From the NCBI GenBank assembly GCA_037442825.1, contig JBBIPN010000024.1:1-16669 (forward strand): a stretch of DNA of 16,669 nucleotides, given 5' to 3'. Below the pieces are notes generated by a model. The model was not told where the DNA came from and made no database searches. It saw only the letters and a program-made list of their open reading frames with translations. Within the stretch, counting starts at the first letter, position 1; each line of letters starts with the position of its first letter. The position numbers and the translations under genes were made by a program. This DNA is from Sulfurihydrogenibium sp. (GTDB lineage: Bacteria; Aquificota; Aquificia; Aquificales; Hydrogenothermaceae). Shown here one piece after another: positions 7,406 to 16,226 of the stretch.

Positions 7406-8120
7406 ATATGCCTTTTACCTCTTCTTTTGTAAGATACTTAAATTGATAAGGTTTTAAATTTTCTAAATTTATACCATCTATTTTAATACGAATTAGTCTT
7501 TTTACTTTATGACCAAATTTAGATATATACCTTCTTAAAATTCTTTTTTTTCCACTGTGAATTTCAAATCTAAGCCAAGTAGTTTTAGCTGTATTTTTAA
7601 TTATCTCTAACTTATCAGGTTTAAAAAATCCATCTTCTAACTCTATTCCATCTAGCATTTTATTAAATGTTTCATTATCAATTATAGGATAAACTTCAAC
7701 ATTATAAACTTTTTTTATTTCGTTTTTTGGGTGTGCTATTTTGTTTGCAAAGTCTCCATCATTTGTAAGTAAAAGTAAACCTTCACTATTGTAATCTAAT
7801 CTACCAACGGGAAAAAGTTTTTCTTTTATTCCAATTTCATTTAAAAGGTCAGTTAATGTTTTTCTTCTAAATTTATCTTTTCCAAGTTCTGAAAGGTATC
7901 CAACAGGTTTGTATATTTTTATATATATCTTTTTTTCATCTGGTTTTATAATTTTTCCTTCTACTTCTACAATATCTTTTTCTGGATTTATTTGAATACC
8001 AAGTTCTTTTACAACGTTCCCATTTACTTTTACTTTTCCTTCTTGAATAAGTATATCTGCTTTCCTTCTACTACAGATACCAGATTGTGCAATAAATCTA
8101 TTTAGTCTTACTACTGCCAT
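7380..8120 (-). CDS. rluB: rRNA pseudouridine synthase, RsuA/RluB family
   Basis: S4 domain (RLNRFIAQSGICSRRKAD), KPVGY, catalytic PVGRLDYNSEGLLLLTND. Exact paralog (RluB vs RsuA/RluF) not certain. Confidence 0.88.
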   Translation of the reverse strand: MAVVRLNRFIAQSGICSRRKADILIQEGKVKVNGNVVKELGIQINPEKDIVEVEGKIIKPDEKKIYIKIYKPVGYLSELGKDKFRRKTLTDLLNEIGIKEKLFPVGRLDYNSEGLLLLTNDGDFANKIAHPKNEIKKVYNVEVYPIIDNETFNKMLDGIELEDGFFKPDKLEIIKNTAKTTWLRFEIHSGKKRILRRYISKFGHKVKRLIRIKIDGINLENLKPYQFKYLTKEEVKGIYEKRNNTK

Positions 8121-8719
8121 TTTTGGATAACAACAAACTTTCTTTCTGGTAGCCCTTTGAAACTCATAGGTACAGTAAATGGTTTTAGTTCTTCTTCAAT
8201 TTCTTTGCCTTTCATAACTATGAGATAGCCGTTTTCTTTGACCAAATCTTTTCCTATTTTCAACACTTCAAATGTTTCTCCAGTAGCTCTACTTACTACA
8301 ATATCAAATTTTTTATCTATATCTTCAGCTCTTTCACATAAAATAGTATACTGTAAATTAAGTTCTTTTCTTAACATCTCAAGGAAAATGCATTTTTTAT
8401 TTACTACTTCTATAAGGTATAATGATATTTTGTCTTGGTAATAGATTTTTAAAGGAACACCTGGAAGTCCAGCACCACTACCAAAATCTGCAATTTCTTT
8501 ATTTTCTACATCTATCGATTTAGCTTTAAAAAGTTTTACAAGTGTAAGACTATCTAAAAAGTGTTTTACTATAATATCTTCTTTTTTTCTTATAGAAGTT
8601 AGATTGTACACTTTGTTCCATTTTAGTAAGAAATTTAAATATTTTTCAAAAAGTTGAAGTTGATAATTTGATAGATAGATATCATTTTTTTCTGCTAAAT
8701 CTTTCAAAAGCTTCATCAT
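8111..8719 (-). CDS. rsmG: 16S rRNA m7G527 methyltransferase RsmG (GidB)
   Basis: WNKVYNLTSI, KHFLDSL, SAM motif DFGSGAGLPGVPL, VVSRA, MKG. ATGA overlap with the ogg stop. Confidence 0.95.
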   Translation of the reverse strand: MMKLLKDLAEKNDIYLSNYQLQLFEKYLNFLLKWNKVYNLTSIRKKEDIIVKHFLDSLTLVKLFKAKSIDVENKEIADFGSGAGLPGVPLKIYYQDKISLYLIEVVNKKCIFLEMLRKELNLQYTILCERAEDIDKKFDIVVSRATGETFEVLKIGKDLVKENGYLIVMKGKEIEEELKPFTVPMSFKGLPERKFVVIQKWQ

Positions 8720-9384
8720 TTCAAAACTTTACCAGTTTTTATATAAAAGATATACAAGTCTAACTCTGCTTGATTTAAGTTTAAATCTTCTCCTATTTTT
8801 TCTAAAGCTTCTTCACACTCTAAATAAACATTTTTTGTTATTGTTTTCCTTTGCTTTACATACCCATTTTCAAATAAAAACCTTGAAATATGTCTATCTA
8901 TTATTGCAACATCTGTAAATCCTATATTTCTTAAAAAGTGTGAAGCTTCTTTAAAACCATACCCATTTATTTTTTTAACTAACTCTATCCTTGCTTTTTT
9001 ACCAGATTCATAAGTTGATATATCTAAAAGAAAATTTTCAAGGTTTCTAAGGTTTACAATTCTTTCAGCTCTTTGTAATGCAAATCTATGACCATTTTTT
9101 TTGAATATCTCATATAGTTTTTCAACAGGAAATGTTTTAAAACCTTCTATACCAACTTCAGTTTGTATTTTTATGCCTGTAGTAGCTTTAAAGTTTGCTG
9201 TTAATATACAAAAACAAGCTTCAGAAAATATATCTGCTGTATAAGGTTTTATATCTAAAAAAGGATTAAAATCAAAGGTTGTATAGTTCTTTTCTTTAAT
9301 AGATATAAACTCATCTATTCTTTTATCAACGTATGGTTTAACTTTGTCGATAGCTTGTAATATCTGCTGTTTGGAAGGTATCAA
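8716..9384 (-). CDS. ogg: 8-oxoguanine DNA glycosylase/AP lyase, Ogg2 (archaeal/thermophile) type
   Basis: CFCILTAN, HhH motif INGYGFKEASHFLRNIG with catalytic Lys, VAIIDRHI with catalytic Asp, and C-terminal TGKVLK. TTG start overlaps the upstream TGA. Confidence 0.92.
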   Translation of the reverse strand: MIPSKQQILQAIDKVKPYVDKRIDEFISIKEKNYTTFDFNPFLDIKPYTADIFSEACFCILTANFKATTGIKIQTEVGIEGFKTFPVEKLYEIFKKNGHRFALQRAERIVNLRNLENFLLDISTYESGKKARIELVKKINGYGFKEASHFLRNIGFTDVAIIDRHISRFLFENGYVKQRKTITKNVYLECEEALEKIGEDLNLNQAELDLYIFYIKTGKVLK

Positions 9385-10076
9385 ATCTTAGGTATACCTC
9401 TTAGGATGTTATAACCATTGTAAAATATACCTTCACTATCAACAAAAACGTTATGTACAATCTCTATGTTAGATATTTTTACTTCATCATTACCAAATAC
9501 AATATTTAGTTTATTAGCGTTTCCTATTGTTTCAAATGCTATCTTTTTATTAAAGTAAATAACTTTTTCTTCACCTTCTTTTAAGTTGAATATTGTTTTT
9601 TCATCGTCAATAGTAGCTGTTATCCAAACTTCGTCTTCAGCTTTTAGTATTATATGGTTAATGATTTCTTTTTCTGTTTCCTCTTTTTGTAATTGGACCT
9701 GTTCTTTATTTTCCTGATAAGGTTTTACTTGTATATTTATATCTTGTTTAAAAGAAGCATTTGCATATAAAAATAGTGTAAAAACTATCAATGTAAATAT
9801 ATGGGGAAATAAACTTGTAACGTAGTTTAAAACTTTACTCTCTTTCGTGTTTAACTCTTCTAATTTTGTTTCTTCTTTTAATGTAGGGTATTCGATATTA
9901 AAATACTGACATACTTTTTTAGCGTATAACTTTCCATATGGGTCTTTTATCGCAAAATCTTCATCGTTTTCTATCTTTTCTAATATTGATTTAGGTATTC
10001 CTAAAATATTGGAAAGGTCTTCTACTGTTATGTTTTTTTCTCCCCTTTTTAACTTTAAAATTTTTCTGATCTCCAT
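9381..10076 (-). CDS. rodZ: RodZ-like protein (N-terminal HTH, one TM helix, C-terminal DUF4115-like domain)
   Basis: HTH (ITVEDLSNILGIPKSILEKIEND), single TM (IFTLIVFTLFLYA), C-terminal LKAEDEVWI...IGNANKLNI typical of DUF4115. Confidence 0.78.
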   Translation of the reverse strand: MEIRKILKLKRGEKNITVEDLSNILGIPKSILEKIENDEDFAIKDPYGKLYAKKVCQYFNIEYPTLKEETKLEELNTKESKVLNYVTSLFPHIFTLIVFTLFLYANASFKQDINIQVKPYQENKEQVQLQKEETEKEIINHIILKAEDEVWITATIDDEKTIFNLKEGEEKVIYFNKKIAFETIGNANKLNIVFGNDEVKISNIEIVHNVFVDSEGIFYNGYNILRGIPKI

Positions 10077-10110
10077 TTATTTTATACCTATGATTTTTTT
10101 ACAAATTTTT

Positions 10111-10119
10111 ATTATATCA
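10111..10119 (-). promoter_or_regulatory. Candidate extended -10 (TG-A-TATAAT) for rodZ-ogg-rsmG-rluB-GH15
   Basis: Minus strand reads TGATATAAT; the TGA is the hemC stop codon. About 35 nt upstream of the rodZ start. Confidence 0.55.
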
Positions 10120-11049
10120 TTTATTTAAAAGTTCTGCTAAAATTTGATTGCCCCCTAAGTTTAACAGTTTATCTCCAAGTTTTTTCCCAATTTCAACAGC
10201 TTGTTTTATAGTTTCTTCTGTAATTTCTTCAATGATTGTTTCTTTATAGTATCTTATACCTTCTAAATCAGAGATATATCCAGTTATTGCTATTTTATTT
10301 TCTAATATCTCACAGTAAGATGCTAATGGAACTTGACAACCACCTTCAACTATTTTCAGAAAACTTCTTTCAGCAGTAGCTCTAATCTCACTTTCTCTAT
10401 GGTTTAGTGGTTGAATTAGTTCTTTTATAATACTGTCATCAGACCTTCCTTCTATTGCAAGGAAACCTTGACATACTGCTGGAATTATCTCTGTTGGTGA
10501 AAATATGTATTTTACTTTACTTTCTAAACCTAATCTTTTTAAACCTGCATATGCAAGTATTATTCCATCATATAAACCTTCTTCTAACTTTCTTATCCTT
10601 GTATCTACATTTCCTCTTAAATCTTTAATCTCTAAATTTTGTTTTAATTTTATTACTTGTGATTTCCTTCTTAAACTACTTGTTCCTAAGATACTTCCTT
10701 CTGGCATCTCTTTTAAATTGTTGTATTTTATCGATAAAAATGCATCTCTGGGATCTTCTCTTTCTGTTATTGCTATTAGTTCTAAACCTTCTGGAAGTAC
10801 TGTAGGTACATCTTTTAAAGAGTGGACAGCAATATCAACCTCTCTTTTTAAAAGTGCATCTTCAATCTCTTTTACAAACAAACCTTTACCACCTATTTTT
10901 GCAAGTGCTACATCAAGTATTTTATCTCCTTGTGTTGTTATCTTAACTAGCTCAACATCAATGTTATGTATCTCTCTTAATTTCTTTGCAATATGGTTTG
11001 CTTGCCATAAAGCAAGTTGACTTTTTCTTGTTCCTATTCTTATTTTCAT
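10117..11049 (-). CDS. hemC: Hydroxymethylbilane synthase (porphobilinogen deaminase)
   Basis: IGTRKSQLALWQA, GKGLFVKEIE, AVHSLKD, GTSSLRR, RGNVDTR and cofactor Cys in EGGCQVP. ATG at 11049 preferred over TTG at 11055 (GAGG at 11057-11060). Confidence 0.97.
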   Translation of the reverse strand: MKIRIGTRKSQLALWQANHIAKKLREIHNIDVELVKITTQGDKILDVALAKIGGKGLFVKEIEDALLKREVDIAVHSLKDVPTVLPEGLELIAITEREDPRDAFLSIKYNNLKEMPEGSILGTSSLRRKSQVIKLKQNLEIKDLRGNVDTRIRKLEEGLYDGIILAYAGLKRLGLESKVKYIFSPTEIIPAVCQGFLAIEGRSDDSIIKELIQPLNHRESEIRATAERSFLKIVEGGCQVPLASYCEILENKIAITGYISDLEGIRYYKETIIEEITEETIKQAVEIGKKLGDKLLNLGGNQILAELLNK

Positions 11050-11062
11050 AATCAAACCTCTT

Positions 11063-12526
11063 TTAAAAAGATTTTATTTCATCTTCATCTATATGTTTAT
11101 AGTTTTTTAGTACATAGATATAGTACTGTTTAACGTCTTTACCTCTATATTTTACCTTATAAATTTCTTCTTTTATCAAACTTTCAAATCCATTTTTAAC
11201 TTTATCTGTAATTGGATGGTCTGCAACGTATATCCCATAGTATCCTTTATTTTCAAACTTACCTATTCCTTCCCATAGATCAAACTGATTCATTCTTCTG
11301 TCTATTCTTATACAGTAAGTCTGTCTAAAAGGTTTTAGATAGAAAGCTATCTCTGATGATATGTGGTAAGAGTCTGAAAATATAAAGTTATTTGGATATA
11401 TATTTGTTAAATGTCCAACATGTTTTCCAAGACCTTCCCATCCAACTAATCTTTTTGTAGGGTCTTTTTCTGGTGGTAATAAATTTGTAAAATTTAGTTT
11501 GTCTAAAATTGGGGTATAAAATAGTATTACAATAGATAAAGCTGATAAAATTATAAATGGTAACGATTTTTTTAATAAATCTCTGTATATGTAGTATCCA
11601 ACCAGTATATACAATGTTGAATAAACAAAAGCTGGCCAGTTTGCTTCTACATTTTTAAAAAGGGCTATTATTCCAAAGAATATAAAGACAAAGATTGGTG
11701 ATATAGATAAGTATATCAGTTTTTCATCTTTTTCTTTAAATGTTCTGTATAGTCCATAAATTACAAATGGAAATAAAAATAGAGAATTTAGTCCTATCTG
11801 TCCAAGAACGTAATCTCCAATATGTTTAAAACCTATATAATGATGTTCTCCTTCTACTCCAGCAAGTTTACCAACATGTTTGAATGTAACAAAATCATTT
11901 GATATATTCCAGTATATTACTGGAACTGTAAACAGTCCAGCTATAAATATTGAGATGTAAAACCATTTTTCTTTTAGTATTTCCTTTTTGTATAGAAAGA
12001 TATAGAACACCGCAACAGGTAAAAATAAAACTGCTGAATATTTTGATAAAAATGCAAGTCCACCACTAATACCTGTTAAAATCCAAAATAAAGGTTTATT
12101 TTCCTTCACTGATTTATAAAAAAGATAACTTAAAAGAAGATAAAAAAATGTAAGGGGTGTATCTGTTAGAAAAATAATTGATGCAATATCATAAGCTGGA
12201 ATAAAATATATAAATATTGATGTAAAAAATGCTAATTTTTCATTTTTAAAGAGTTCTTTTGAAAATAGGTAAATTACAATAGCTATTAAAAATCCTAAAA
12301 TGATACTGTTTATCCTTACACCGATTTCAGTATCTCCAAAAATAGATGTTGATATAAAGTTTAAATATGCTATAAGTGGTGGTTTTGAGTAATATGATAA
12401 ATCAAGGTTTTTAGACCAAAGCCAGTACTGAGCTTCTTCTGTTGATAAATCTATATCTCTATATAAAACATAGAATACTCTTAGGATTAAAACTGTTAAA
12501 TGAAAAATTAAAGCATTTTTAAACAA
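11063..12526 (-). CDS. GT-C membrane glycosyltransferase, ArnT/PMT_2 family
   Basis: EEAQYWLWS...YYSKPPLIA loop motif, TDTPL, LSKY and many TM segments. TTG start overlaps the dgt 3' end by 8 nt. Confidence 0.88.
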   Translation of the reverse strand: MFKNALIFHLTVLILRVFYVLYRDIDLSTEEAQYWLWSKNLDLSYYSKPPLIAYLNFISTSIFGDTEIGVRINSIILGFLIAIVIYLFSKELFKNEKLAFFTSIFIYFIPAYDIASIIFLTDTPLTFFYLLLSYLFYKSVKENKPLFWILTGISGGLAFLSKYSAVLFLPVAVFYIFLYKKEILKEKWFYISIFIAGLFTVPVIYWNISNDFVTFKHVGKLAGVEGEHHYIGFKHIGDYVLGQIGLNSLFLFPFVIYGLYRTFKEKDEKLIYLSISPIFVFIFFGIIALFKNVEANWPAFVYSTLYILVGYYIYRDLLKKSLPFIILSALSIVILFYTPILDKLNFTNLLPPEKDPTKRLVGWEGLGKHVGHLTNIYPNNFIFSDSYHISSEIAFYLKPFRQTYCIRIDRRMNQFDLWEGIGKFENKGYYGIYVADHPITDKVKNGFESLIKEEIYKVKYRGKDVKQYYIYVLKNYKHIDEDEIKSF

Positions 12527-13559
12527 CTACCCAAACCTTTGGAATAAAAATTTCAGAGTATTTTTTGAGTGCAAATCTATCTGTCATTCCAGCCACATAA
12601 TCAACAGCAGCTTGCTGTGGTTTATACTCTTCCCATAGTTTTGAAAATTTTTCATAGTTTGGTATCGTTTCATAATTTTCAAGATAGTATTCGTAGAGAG
12701 CTTTTAAAATACCTTTTGCTTTATCAAGCTCTTTTTTCACAATAGGAGATAGATAAACTTTTTCAAGAAGAAAATCTCTCAATTGGTACATTGTTTTATA
12801 AATTTTTTCATCCATCATTATATGCTTATAGTCGTTTTCAATAGTTGTATTTATTACACTTACAATTAATGTTGTTATCCTTTTAGATTTTGTATCTCCT
12901 AATCTTTTAATAATGTTAGATGGAATATCTTTTTCTGTTAAAATATTTGCTCTTATGGCATCTTCAAGGTCATGGTTTATATAGGCTATTTTATCTGCAA
13001 TTCTAACTATCTCACCTTCCAATGTTTTTGGCATATTATTTTCAGCTATTAAAGGTGATTTTCCTTTACTGTGTTTTAAAATACCATCTTTTACTTCTTG
13101 TGTCAGATTTAAACCTTTCCCTTCATTTTCAAGCTTTTCTACTACTCTTAGGCTATGTTTTGCATGGTGGTAGCTTCTATTTTCCTCTAAAATAAACTCT
13201 CCAGCATGACCAAATGGTGTATGACCTAAATCGTGTCCAAAAGCTATAGCCTCAGTTAGATCTTCATTAAGCCTTAAGGCTTTTGCTATAGTTTTTGATA
13301 TTTGAGCTACTTCTAGTGTATGAGTCAATCTTGTTCTATAATGATCTCCTTCTGGAGATAAAAAAACCTGTGTTTTATGTTTTAATCTTCTAAACGATTT
13401 ACTATGTAAGATTCTATCTCTATCTCTTTGAAACTTAGTTCTTATAGTACATTCTTCTTCCTCTATGTCTCTTTTAGCATTTATACTTTTTGTTGCCTTT
13501 GGATGAAGTGTATTTAACTCTATATTTTCAAGCGTTTCTCTAATATTATATAAGCTCAT
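12519..13559 (-). CDS. dgt: Deoxyguanosinetriphosphate triphosphohydrolase-like HD protein (dGTPase/dNTPase)
   Basis: FQRDRDRILHSKSFRRLKHKTQVF, RTRLTHTLEV, HDLGHTPFGHAGE, ADKIAY and DYVAGMTD motifs. Confidence 0.95.
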   Translation of the reverse strand: MSLYNIRETLENIELNTLHPKATKSINAKRDIEEEECTIRTKFQRDRDRILHSKSFRRLKHKTQVFLSPEGDHYRTRLTHTLEVAQISKTIAKALRLNEDLTEAIAFGHDLGHTPFGHAGEFILEENRSYHHAKHSLRVVEKLENEGKGLNLTQEVKDGILKHSKGKSPLIAENNMPKTLEGEIVRIADKIAYINHDLEDAIRANILTEKDIPSNIIKRLGDTKSKRITTLIVSVINTTIENDYKHIMMDEKIYKTMYQLRDFLLEKVYLSPIVKKELDKAKGILKALYEYYLENYETIPNYEKFSKLWEEYKPQQAAVDYVAGMTDRFALKKYSEIFIPKVWVVV

Positions 13560-14559
13560 ACTTTACTAAAAGCTCTGCTATTTGAACTGCATTGGTTGCT
13601 GCACCTTTCCTTAGGTTATCTCCTACTATCCACATAGATAAACCGTTATCAAAACCTAAATCTTTTCTTATTCTGCCTACAAAAACATCATCCTTACCAG
13701 CTACTTCTATAGGGGTTGGATATACGTTGTTAAATGGATCATCTTCAACAATAACACCTGGCGCTTTCATAAGGATTTCTTTAGCTTCTTCTGCTGTTAT
13801 AGGAAGCTCTGTTTCTATTGTTACTACTTCACTATGTCCTACAAAAACAGGTACTCTTACACATGTTGGAGATACTTTTATATCTGGCTCATGCATAATC
13901 TTTCTTGTCTCATTTATCATTTTTAACTCTTCTTTGGTATAACCGTTGTTTTCAAAGTTATCTATTCTTGGTATTATGTTAAAAGCAATATGATGTGGTA
14001 ATACCCTTGGGTAGTAATACCTTCCTTCTATATAAGCTTTTGTTTCAAGTTCTAAATCTTCTATAGCTGTAGCACCAGCACCAGAAACAGCTTGATAAGT
14101 TGCAACAATTATTCTTTTAATTTTCTTTAGTTTATGTATAGGATTTAATGCTACTACCATTTGAATGGTTGAACAGTTTGGATTTGCTATAATACCTTTA
14201 TGGAGTTTTACATCTTCTGGGTTTACCTCTGGAACAACCAATGGTACATCAGGATCCATCCTAAAAGCTGAGCTGTTGTCTATAACAACAGCACCTTTAC
14301 TTGCAGCTATTGGAGCCCATTTTTTACTTCTTTCTCCACCTGCAGAAAATAATGCTATATCAACACCTTCAAAAGCTTCTTCACTTACAGCCTCAACTTT
14401 ATATTTAACTCCATAGTATTCTATTTCTTTACCAGCAGACCTTTCTGATGCAAGAAATTTTATTTCGTTTATAGGAAAATTCCTCTCTTCTAAAACCTTA
14501 ATCATAGTTTGCCCAACAGCACCAGTAGCACCTAATATAGCCACATTATAAGATTTCAT
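13546..14559 (-). CDS. asd: Aspartate-semialdehyde dehydrogenase
   Basis: GATGAVG, DNSSAFRM, VPEVN, catalytic NPNCST, CVRVPVFVGHS and DNLRKGAATNAVQIAE. RBS GGAGG at 14570-14574. Confidence 0.97.
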   Translation of the reverse strand: MKSYNVAILGATGAVGQTMIKVLEERNFPINEIKFLASERSAGKEIEYYGVKYKVEAVSEEAFEGVDIALFSAGGERSKKWAPIAASKGAVVIDNSSAFRMDPDVPLVVPEVNPEDVKLHKGIIANPNCSTIQMVVALNPIHKLKKIKRIIVATYQAVSGAGATAIEDLELETKAYIEGRYYYPRVLPHHIAFNIIPRIDNFENNGYTKEELKMINETRKIMHEPDIKVSPTCVRVPVFVGHSEVVTIETELPITAEEAKEILMKAPGVIVEDDPFNNVYPTPIEVAGKDDVFVGRIRKDLGFDNGLSMWIVGDNLRKGAATNAVQIAELLVKYELI

Positions 14560-14604
14560 TCAAACAAAACCTCCAAAAATTTCTTAAAATATATTATATA
14601 TCTT

Positions 14605-16137
14605 TTACTCAAATAGAAACTGATCCTTACTATAATTTTTTGATTCATATAAAAGTCCATTTAACCTTTGTATAATATCATCAGATTTCTCATCACTTTC
14701 TCTTACAACAGTACCACATCCTTTAGCTTCTAAATTAATAAATTCTTTATCTAATTTCATCTCTGAATTAGAAACCCTTTCAACTATTCGTTTAAGTTTT
14801 ATAGGGTTATTCCCCTCGTAAATAACACTTACTGTGAAATTATCTAATATAGCTAATATGTAATCTTTTCCTATGCTGTTTTTAATGGTAGTAATGATTT
14901 TTGAAAAGGTTTTGTTGTAGTTGTGATAACCATAATCTCTAATTATATTTTCTAAAGTAGGTATATAGATATATCCAACTACGAAATAATTTTTAGTTCT
15001 TTTAAACTCTTTTATCTTAAAAGATATCTCAAATTCAAACTCTTTCCTGTTAATAACTCCATTGTCATCTCCATATTTTTCATTGCTGCACGAATTTAAA
15101 GCCTTGAGTTCTAAATAATTATGTTTTAGCTCTTCTGAAATACTTTTTGTTTTATTTAAAAAATTTGTTACATTGATATTTAATTCTTTAGGTATATCTA
15201 TGTTATATAGAAATTTTTTTATATCTTTTTTGAAAGATTCTAAATCTTTAATGTAATAAAGAAGTTCTGCATTTAAAATAGCAACAATCTTGCTTAAATT
15301 TTTATCTATTAAATGTGGATTTTTTTCTTGATTTAATAAAAATTTTTCTCTAAGTTGGAAAAATTCATCAGTTCCTACTTTTATATTTAAATCATGGGCT
15401 ATTTTTAATATTTTAAACGTTTGCACTATCTCATCGATATTATTATTATTCACAATATTGACAGCATCTCTGAATATTTGAACTAAGAGCTCTTGGTCTT
15501 CTTTATAATTTATAGTTGAATCCACTATTTTATTCAATAAATTTTGCTTAAAATACCATCCTTGGAAAGTATCAGCTCCATTTTGAGTTAAAAAATTTAT
15601 TTCTTCTTGAGTCTCAACTTTTTCAAATATAACAGAGACATCATTTTTTTTACAAAATCTTAAAAGCTCTAAAGATAAATCAGGTAAGTTTTTCCATAAA
15701 ATTCTATCTATTTTTACACTGTCTAATATATCTTTAAAGAAAAGTAACCTATCTATGTTTGAAGAGGATGTTCCAAAATCATCTAAAGAAATTTTTATAT
15801 TTAATCTTCTTAAGTTTTCAATTATTTTTTCTGATTCTGAAATACTTATAGAATTTTCAAGAAGCTCTAAGATAATTTTTTCTTTATATTCGTTTTTTAT
15901 CTTACTTAATAGATCAAAAATTTTATCTTTATACTTTATAAGTGTTTTCCCATTTAAATTAAGATGATATTTCAAATTTTCTTTACTAATAACATCTAAA
16001 ACTAAATTAAGGTTTATTTTAAAAACATTAAAATCAATATCTTCATTTACTATAAGTTGTGGAAAATCTGCTAGGACTTCATATCCTTCAATAATAAATT
16101 TTTTATCTCTGTATTTAACTATAGGTTCTCTTCTCAT
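14605..16137 (-). CDS. c-di-GMP signalling protein: N-terminal EAL domain, helical linker, C-terminal degenerate GGDEF-like domain
   Basis: EAL motifs YEVL, HLNLN, LELLE, LDDFGT, VKIDR, FEKVET and FQGWYF. C-terminus DDNGVINRKEF...IRDYGY...LAILDNFTV aligns by eye to the GGDEF fold. RBS GAGG at 16147-16150. Confidence 0.85.
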   Translation of the reverse strand: MRREPIVKYRDKKFIIEGYEVLADFPQLIVNEDIDFNVFKINLNLVLDVISKENLKYHLNLNGKTLIKYKDKIFDLLSKIKNEYKEKIILELLENSISISESEKIIENLRRLNIKISLDDFGTSSSNIDRLLFFKDILDSVKIDRILWKNLPDLSLELLRFCKKNDVSVIFEKVETQEEINFLTQNGADTFQGWYFKQNLLNKIVDSTINYKEDQELLVQIFRDAVNIVNNNNIDEIVQTFKILKIAHDLNIKVGTDEFFQLREKFLLNQEKNPHLIDKNLSKIVAILNAELLYYIKDLESFKKDIKKFLYNIDIPKELNINVTNFLNKTKSISEELKHNYLELKALNSCSNEKYGDDNGVINRKEFEFEISFKIKEFKRTKNYFVVGYIYIPTLENIIRDYGYHNYNKTFSKIITTIKNSIGKDYILAILDNFTVSVIYEGNNPIKLKRIVERVSNSEMKLDKEFINLEAKGCGTVVRESDEKSDDIIQRLNGLLYESKNYSKDQFLFE

Positions 16138-16226
16138 TTTTTACTTCCTCAATATATTATATTTTTATATGTATGCAAATATATAATATTTTATAACAAA
16201 TTAATTTATTTATGTGTCACATATAG

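Noticed and set aside
6652..15967. Plus-strand ORFs 6652-6861, 6812-6994, 8238-8441, 10505-11020, 13592-13942, 14165-14416 and 15755-15967
   Set aside because: All lie antisense within conserved minus-strand genes and show shadow-type S/F/I/L-rich composition.
16154..16189. Inverted repeat ATATTATAT / ATATAATAT in the divergent intergenic region
   Set aside because: Pure A/T in very AT-rich DNA; explained by chance or by two opposed TATAAT hexamers.
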